From Actinomycetes bacterium (GTDB lineage: Bacteria > Actinomycetota > Acidimicrobiia > Acidimicrobiales > JAAEMS01): a stretch of 41,054 nucleotides of DNA. The stretch covers positions 1-41,054 of the forward strand of contig JAAEMS010000220.1 in NCBI GenBank assembly GCA_024225275.1, given 5' to 3'. The position numbers were made by a program, and so were the translations under genes. Numbering within the stretch: position 1 is the first letter of the stretch; each line of letters starts with the position of its first letter. Of the stretch, positions 36,703 to 41,054 are shown in pieces. The notes under the pieces were generated by a model. That model ran no database searches, was not told where the DNA came from, and saw only the letters and a list, made by a program, of their open reading frames with translations.

Positions 36703-37494
36703 ATGGCAACCCTCGTCACCTTCCACGCCCACCCCGACGACGAGGTCATCGCCACCGGCGGCCTGATGGCCAACGCAGCGGCGGCCGGCCACCGGGTGGT
36801 GCTGGTTTTGGCCACCCGGGGTGAGCAGGGCGAGCCGGTCGAGGGAATCCTCGACGACGACGAGCATCTTCACCACCGACGCTCCGACGAAGCCGAGGAG
36901 GCGGCCCGCATCCTGGGGGTGGAACGCGTCGAGTTTCTCGAGTACGTCGACTCGGGAATGATGGGCGAGTCGTCGAACGATCATCCCGATTCGTTCTGGC
37001 GGGCCGATGTCGAGGAGGCCGCCGGGCGGCTGGCCAAGCTCCTGAGCGGCTTGCGGGCCGACGTTCTCACCATCTACGACGACCACGGCGGCTACGGCCA
37101 CCCCGACCACATCCAGGTTCATCGGGTGGGGTCAGCGGCGGCGCGGCTGGCCGGTACGGAAGGAGTGTTCGAAGCCACCATGAACCGCACCGAGATCATG
37201 AAGCAGATGGCCGAGGCTCCCGACCTGCCCGCCGATTTCAGCGAGGACGAGATTGCCCAGTTCGGTACCCTCGAGCACCAGCTGACCCACGGCGTTCGGG
37301 TGGGTGAGGCCATAGATCTCAAACGCCAGGCCATGGCCGTCCACCGCAGCCAGATCAGCGAGCAGTCGTTCTTCCTGGCCATGGAACCCGAACCGTTCGC
37401 CGTCGCCTTTGGCACCGAGTGGTTCATCGAGCACGGAGCAACCGACCACTCGGCCGGCCCCCGTTACCTCGATCTCCTGCCCGGACTCCATTGA
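36703..37494 (+). CDS. PIG-L/LmbE-family N-acetylglucosaminyl deacetylase-like protein
   Basis: The AHPDDE motif at the N-terminus, and HPDH at the zinc site. It starts 3 nt after the mcr stop. Confidence 0.8.
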   Translation: MATLVTFHAHPDDEVIATGGLMANAAAAGHRVVLVLATRGEQGEPVEGILDDDEHLHHRRSDEAEEAARILGVERVEFLEYVDSGMMGESSNDHPDSFWRADVEEAAGRLAKLLSGLRADVLTIYDDHGGYGHPDHIQVHRVGSAAARLAGTEGVFEATMNRTEIMKQMAEAPDLPADFSEDEIAQFGTLEHQLTHGVRVGEAIDLKRQAMAVHRSQISEQSFFLAMEPEPFAVAFGTEWFIEHGATDHSAGPRYLDLLPGLH

Positions 37495-37507
37495 CGGTGC
37501 GCCGCTG

Positions 37508-38620
37508 ATGGGTTGGGTCCACCACGGCTTCGGCCAGCAGATCATCGTCGGTGGCGGCGAGGCCCTCGGTTCGCTACGCGACCTGCCCCGGATCACCGGG
37601 GCCCGCCGTCTCCTGTTGGTCACCACCCCGAACCGGCTGGCCGACGAAGCATCGATCCCCGTGGTGAGGGCCCTGGGCCGCAATCTGGCCGCTACCTTCG
37701 ACCGGGTAGAGGCCCACGTGCCCACCCCCAGCATCCAGGCCGCTATCTCGCTGGCTCGGGCCGAGAACATCGATGGAGTCGTGTCCTTGGGCGGTGGATC
37801 AGCGGTCGACACCGCCAAGGCGGTGGCCTGGTTCCTCGAAAAGGAAGCGGGTACCCCCGGCACCCATGTGCTCGACCGCCCCGCGGTACCCCACCTGGCT
37901 GTACCGACCACGCTGGCCGGAGCCGCCTTCACCGGCGAGTTCGCCATGACCGACCCCCGCTCCGGCGCCAAGGATCTCGCCGGCGGGCCCACCGCGGTAC
38001 CCCGCGGGGTGATCGTGAATCGCGACGCGGTGGCGGCAGTCGATCGGGGCTTCCTGCTGTTGACCGGATTCACCGCCCTGGCTCACGCCCTCGAGACCTC
38101 GTGGTCCACCCAGCGCACCCCCGAAGCCGGTGCCCTGGCGGCCGCGGCCTCGGGCCGGCTGTTGGCCGCTCTCTCCGCCGCCGTCGACTCGGACCCGATC
38201 GACGCGGTGATCATCGAGGAGCTCGTCGATGGGGCGGTACTGGCGGGGCGGGCCCGGCAGAACGCGGTTGTTGCCCTGCACCACGAGCTGGTGCGGGTGG
38301 CCGGTGGTCGTAGTGGGATGGCCGACGGACTGCTCCACGCCCTGCTCCTGCCCCACACCCTGCGTTTCAATGATCTTGCCATCGAAGAGACCGCGGGCCG
38401 GCTGGCCGAGCAGGTGGTTGACGGCTTGGATCTGTCCACCATCGTCGCTGATCTGGCTTCCGCGGCGCGAGCCACCGGCGGTCTGAGCGATCACGGGTTC
38501 GACGACGACATGCTCGAGGCGGTCGTGCGCACCGTGGCGTCGAGCCCGGCCGTCGAGCGCAACCCCATGCCCGTCGGCGAAGGCGACATCCGCGGCATCC
38601 TCGAGTCCGCCTGGGTGTAG
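37508..38620 (+). CDS. Iron-containing (group III) alcohol dehydrogenase / maleylacetate-reductase-like oxidoreductase
   Basis: GGGSAVDTAKAVA dinucleotide-binding motif and a conserved His cluster in the C-terminal half. ATG at 37508 is in frame. The track ORF start at 37409 is an extension into the PIG-L gene. Confidence 0.8.
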   Translation: MGWVHHGFGQQIIVGGGEALGSLRDLPRITGARRLLLVTTPNRLADEASIPVVRALGRNLAATFDRVEAHVPTPSIQAAISLARAENIDGVVSLGGGSAVDTAKAVAWFLEKEAGTPGTHVLDRPAVPHLAVPTTLAGAAFTGEFAMTDPRSGAKDLAGGPTAVPRGVIVNRDAVAAVDRGFLLLTGFTALAHALETSWSTQRTPEAGALAAAASGRLLAALSAAVDSDPIDAVIIEELVDGAVLAGRARQNAVVALHHELVRVAGGRSGMADGLLHALLLPHTLRFNDLAIEETAGRLAEQVVDGLDLSTIVADLASAARATGGLSDHGFDDDMLEAVVRTVASSPAVERNPMPVGEGDIRGILESAWV

Positions 38621-38657
38621 GTGTCGGACACTTGGATCGGGATGGGTGTCTGACACC
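38620..38657. terminator. Strong hairpin (12-bp stem with one G-U pair, 14-nt loop) at the convergent 3' ends of the Fe-ADH gene and the 38770-39075 gene
   Basis: GGTGTCGGACAC ... GTGTCTGACACC begins at the Fe-ADH stop codon. There is no U-tract, which is common in high-GC actinobacteria. Confidence 0.35.
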
Positions 38658-38769
38658 AAATCGGGATCAGGAGCCGGACACGCTCAGCCGGGGGACAGGC
38701 CCCGCAGGGTGTCGTCGATCTCGGCCAGCCGATGCACCAACCGAGTGAGAGCTTCGTCGGGCTCCGACA

Positions 38770-39075
38770 TCAGCTCTCGAGGCCTCGGAAGTCGTCGGGG
38801 TCGAAGCCGCCCAGAGGTCCGGCCCCCCGCCAGACGTGGGACTGGCCGTCGGAACGGACCAGGAAGGCGGGGCCCCTCAGCTGGCGCCCTTCGGTGGTCT
38901 GCATGGCCAGCTTGTACGGCGACTGGGCTACGGGGGCCCGGGCCTCGGTGCGGCTGATCAGCTCCCAATCGAGGGGGCCATCGACGTGGCGGACCACGAC
39001 CAGATCGCCCACGATCATGTCGAACGCCTCGCCATCGAGTTCGAGCTCGGCGATGACGTAGCTGGTGTGCTCCAT
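38770..39075 (-). CDS. Small hypothetical protein (101 aa)
   Basis: Reasonable amino-acid composition (acidic, V/L-rich); it may be a small beta-barrel-like protein. I recognise no motif. The competing antisense-frame ORF at 38684-38968 looks like a GC artefact. Confidence 0.4.
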   Translation of the reverse strand: MEHTSYVIAELELDGEAFDMIVGDLVVVRHVDGPLDWELISRTEARAPVAQSPYKLAMQTTEGRQLRGPAFLVRSDGQSHVWRGAGPLGGFDPDDFRGLES

Positions 39076-39198
39076 GTTTCCCTTGGCTGATCGGACCTGG
39101 GCAGCAGACCGCTCCAGGGTCTCACAACGACCTGGCCGGGTCGATACCCGGGTCAGGGATAACTAGCATCGCCGGGTCGCAGTCGATGAGGAGACCCC

Positions 39199-39561
39199 GT
39201 GACCGTCCGCGCTGTCCACGAATCGTGGGCCTGGTTCATGATCATCGGCAACGCCCTGGCCGGAGTGTGGTCGCTGGGCGCCCATCGGCTCCCGAGCCTG
39301 CGCACCCGCGCCCTCTGGTGGTTCACCGGGGTGGTTGAGATCGCCATCATTGTGCAGGTGGTGCTGGGCGTGGTGTTGGTGAGCGGCCAGGGATTCGAGC
39401 CGCCCCAGTTCCACATGTTCTATGGGTTCGTGGCGATCATCGCGGTGGGGATCCTGTACAGCTACCGCGACCAACTCCGCGACTGGATCTACCTGCTCTA
39501 CGGTTTCGGCGGCCTGTTCCTGATGGGCTTGGGCATCCGGGCCATGCTGATCAGCGCCTGA
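39199..39561 (+). CDS. Small membrane protein (about 120 aa, four TM helices)
   Basis: GTG start 6 nt after GAGGAG; hydrophobic helices throughout. Confidence 0.6.
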   Translation: MTVRAVHESWAWFMIIGNALAGVWSLGAHRLPSLRTRALWWFTGVVEIAIIVQVVLGVVLVSGQGFEPPQFHMFYGFVAIIAVGILYSYRDQLRDWIYLLYGFGGLFLMGLGIRAMLISA

Positions 39562-39685
39562 GGTTCACGGGCGATACCTGAGCAGAACAGCCACAGCCCA
39601 CCCACGCTGAGTCCATCCGGGGGGGTGGATGGATGGAGGGAGGGAGGGTGCGTGGGTGGGCCGGGAACAGGCTGGACCGGGACGC

Positions 39686-40114
39686 TCAGGCGGCGTCGAC
39701 CTCGGCCTCGATGGCGGGAGTGGGCGCGGCGACCTCTACCTTGCGGGCCTTGGCCGTCTCGGCCACGGGAATCTCGACGGTGAGCACACCGTGTTCGTGG
39801 GTGGCGGCGATGGCCCCGGTGTCGAGGTTCTCGCCGAGATGGAGCTGGCGTACGAACTCGCCGTGCCGACGCTCGGTGGTGATGACCTCTTCGCCCTCGG
39901 TGGTCACCCAGTCGCGAATGGCTTTCAGGGTGAGGACGTTGCGCTCGACGGTGAGATCGACATCGGCGGGGTTCACCCCGGGCAAGTCGAAGTGGATGAC
40001 GACCTTTCCGTCTTTGCGGACGGCATCGAATGGCACCGACGGGTGGGCGGTGGCCCTGGTGGGGGCCTCGAATACGCGGTCGAGGTCGCGGAAGGGATCG
40101 AATCGAAGCAGCAT
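39686..40114 (-). CDS. Hsp20/alpha-crystallin-family small heat-shock protein
   Basis: MLLRFDPFRDLDR N-terminus and an alpha-crystallin domain (GVLTVEIPV, HFDLPGVNPADVDLTVE...LTLK). The ATG at 40114 is preceded by GGAGGT at 6 nt. The track start at 40135 is a TTG extension. Confidence 0.85.
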   Translation of the reverse strand: MLLRFDPFRDLDRVFEAPTRATAHPSVPFDAVRKDGKVVIHFDLPGVNPADVDLTVERNVLTLKAIRDWVTTEGEEVITTERRHGEFVRQLHLGENLDTGAIAATHEHGVLTVEIPVAETAKARKVEVAAPTPAIEAEVDAA

Positions 40115-40174
40115 GTCGGAACCTCCAGGGTTCAAGGGGGATTACTGATTTCCTGATCCAAGAATAGGAGTAAA

Positions 40175-40195
40175 CCTGAGCGACTGCAACTCAGC
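40175..40195. promoter_or_regulatory. HAIR-like inverted repeat (candidate HspR operator) upstream of the Hsp20 gene
   Basis: CCTGAGC-GACTGCA-ACTCAGC versus the HAIR consensus CTTGAGT-N7-ACTCAAG (7-nt spacer preserved, two mismatches per half). It lies about 60 nt upstream of the Hsp20 start in an AT-richer promoter region. Confidence 0.35.
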
Positions 40196-40383
40196 TTTGC
40201 TCATACCTGCTGTGAATGTGGTCACGGAGATCATCGGACGCCGGACTGCGCCGAGCCTCGGCCCGGCTCGTGGGCCCGGGAGGGTCGCGTACAGCGCCAG
40301 CCGAGGAGCCTGTCGGGTCCGACCACGAATGATGGCGGGTCCTGGTTCACCCCACCGGGCGCCCGGTGAGTCTGTCGTCGCTG

Positions 40384-41054
40384 TCAGGCGGCGTTCTGGT
40401 ATTCGTGGATGAGTCCGTCGCATCGGCTGGTTCGAAGCACGGGGACGGTCGCCGGGGGCGTGTCTGGCGGCTTGTCGACTGGTGTCGGTGGCCGCTGGCC
40501 GAGCGACTGGTGGGGTCGGTGCTGGTTGTGGTGAGCGATGCAGTCGATGACGAGTCGCTCGAGCTGTCGTTGGTTCCAGATGGTGATTCTGTCGAGGAGT
40601 TTTCGACTGACCGATCCGATCCAGCGCTCGGCAAACGTGTTGGCCACCGGAGTCCGTACGGGTGTGGGGAGGATCTTGTGGCCTTCGGTGCGGAAGATCT
40701 CGTCGAAGCTGTTGGTGAACTGGCTGCCTCGATCACGGACCAGAGCCCGGGCGTCTTCGAGTCGTTCTCGGTGGCTGATGAACAGGTTGGGGGCGGCTTG
40801 GGAGTGCAAGAACTCGGTCCAGGTCACCTCGGACCGTTTCGGGGAGGGGTTGATGTTGTTGTCGGTGAGGATCTGCCAGACGGTGGTCTTGGCGATCGTG
40901 TGTCCGACTCGGGCGAGTTCGCCCTGGAGGCGGCGGTGTCCCCAGGTCGGGTTCTCGGTGGCGAGTCGCACGACCAGATCGCGCAGCTCTGTACCGGTTG
41001 GTGGTCTGCCCGTGCGGTGAGTGGGCGGCTGTGTCCAGTGTCTGGCGACGCGAC
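40384..41054 (-). mobile_element. Transposase gene (integrase-core/rve type), partial: the 5' end runs off the window. It is probably degenerate through an internal deletion.
   Basis: The LVVRLATENPTWGHRRLQGELARVGHTIAKTTVWQIL linker motif and the C-terminal DDE-region blocks RDRGSQFTNSFDEIF, RTPVANTFAERWIGSVSRKLLDR and HHNQHRPHQSL. The frame is open upstream to the window end. The segment that normally carries the first catalytic Asp (about 60-70 aa between the HTH linker and RDRGSQF) is missing. Confidence 0.7.

Overview
This is a 41 kb, roughly 70% GC window with actinobacterial-type coding. It is gene-dense on both strands, and I found no rRNA, tRNA or CRISPR. The main blocks are listed below.

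- **(a) 22-7140.** A cytoplasmic BtuF/TroA-like binding-domain protein sits convergent with a membrane PAS-GGDEF-EAL c-di-GMP enzyme. Two tandem family III CoA-transferases and an APH-family phosphotransferase follow.
- **(b) 7276-14872.** An NfeD-like gene and a flotillin (SPFH/YqiK-type) gene run straight, with a 2-nt gap, into a 1639-aa cytoplasmic protein whose only recognisable module is a C-terminal MoxR/AAA_5-type ATPase. This tightly coupled trio is the best candidate for an undescribed system.
- **(c) 14897-20325.** An epimerase, an acyl-CoA dehydrogenase followed by a 36-codon fragment of a second ACAD, a GH51 arabinofuranosidase and a cytochrome P450. The P450's C-terminal tail overlaps a convergent GlsB/YeaQ-like gene.
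- **(d) 20407-24436.** A canonical MoxR AAA+ gene, then a VWA (DUF2201-like) gene, a translationally coupled 275-aa protein with no recognisable motif, and a multi-pass membrane protein. This is the second candidate system.
- **(e) 24446-27308.** tag (3-methyladenine glycosylase I), an MFS transporter and an EamA-like permease.
- **(f) Minus-strand operon 32635 down to 27363.** Small membrane protein, class-III aminotransferase, APH-like kinase, then an 828-aa polypeptide carrying two fused family III CoA-transferase domains. The kinase plus aminotransferase pair fits an aminoalcohol kinase/phospho-lyase pair.
- **(g) 32753-38620.** A MOSC-domain gene, then a plus-strand operon of two tandem alpha/beta-hydrolase paralogs, alpha-methylacyl-CoA racemase (mcr), a PIG-L/LmbE deacetylase and an Fe-alcohol dehydrogenase.
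- **(h) 38770-41054.** Small proteins, an Hsp20 gene with a HAIR-like inverted repeat upstream, and a transposase (rve/integrase-core type) that runs off the window end and appears internally deleted.

Many of the long ORFs in the six-frame track are antisense or frame-shadow artefacts typical of high-GC DNA, and several real genes have spuriously extended 5' ends in the track. I corrected starts where a start codon, an RBS or start/stop overlap supports it.
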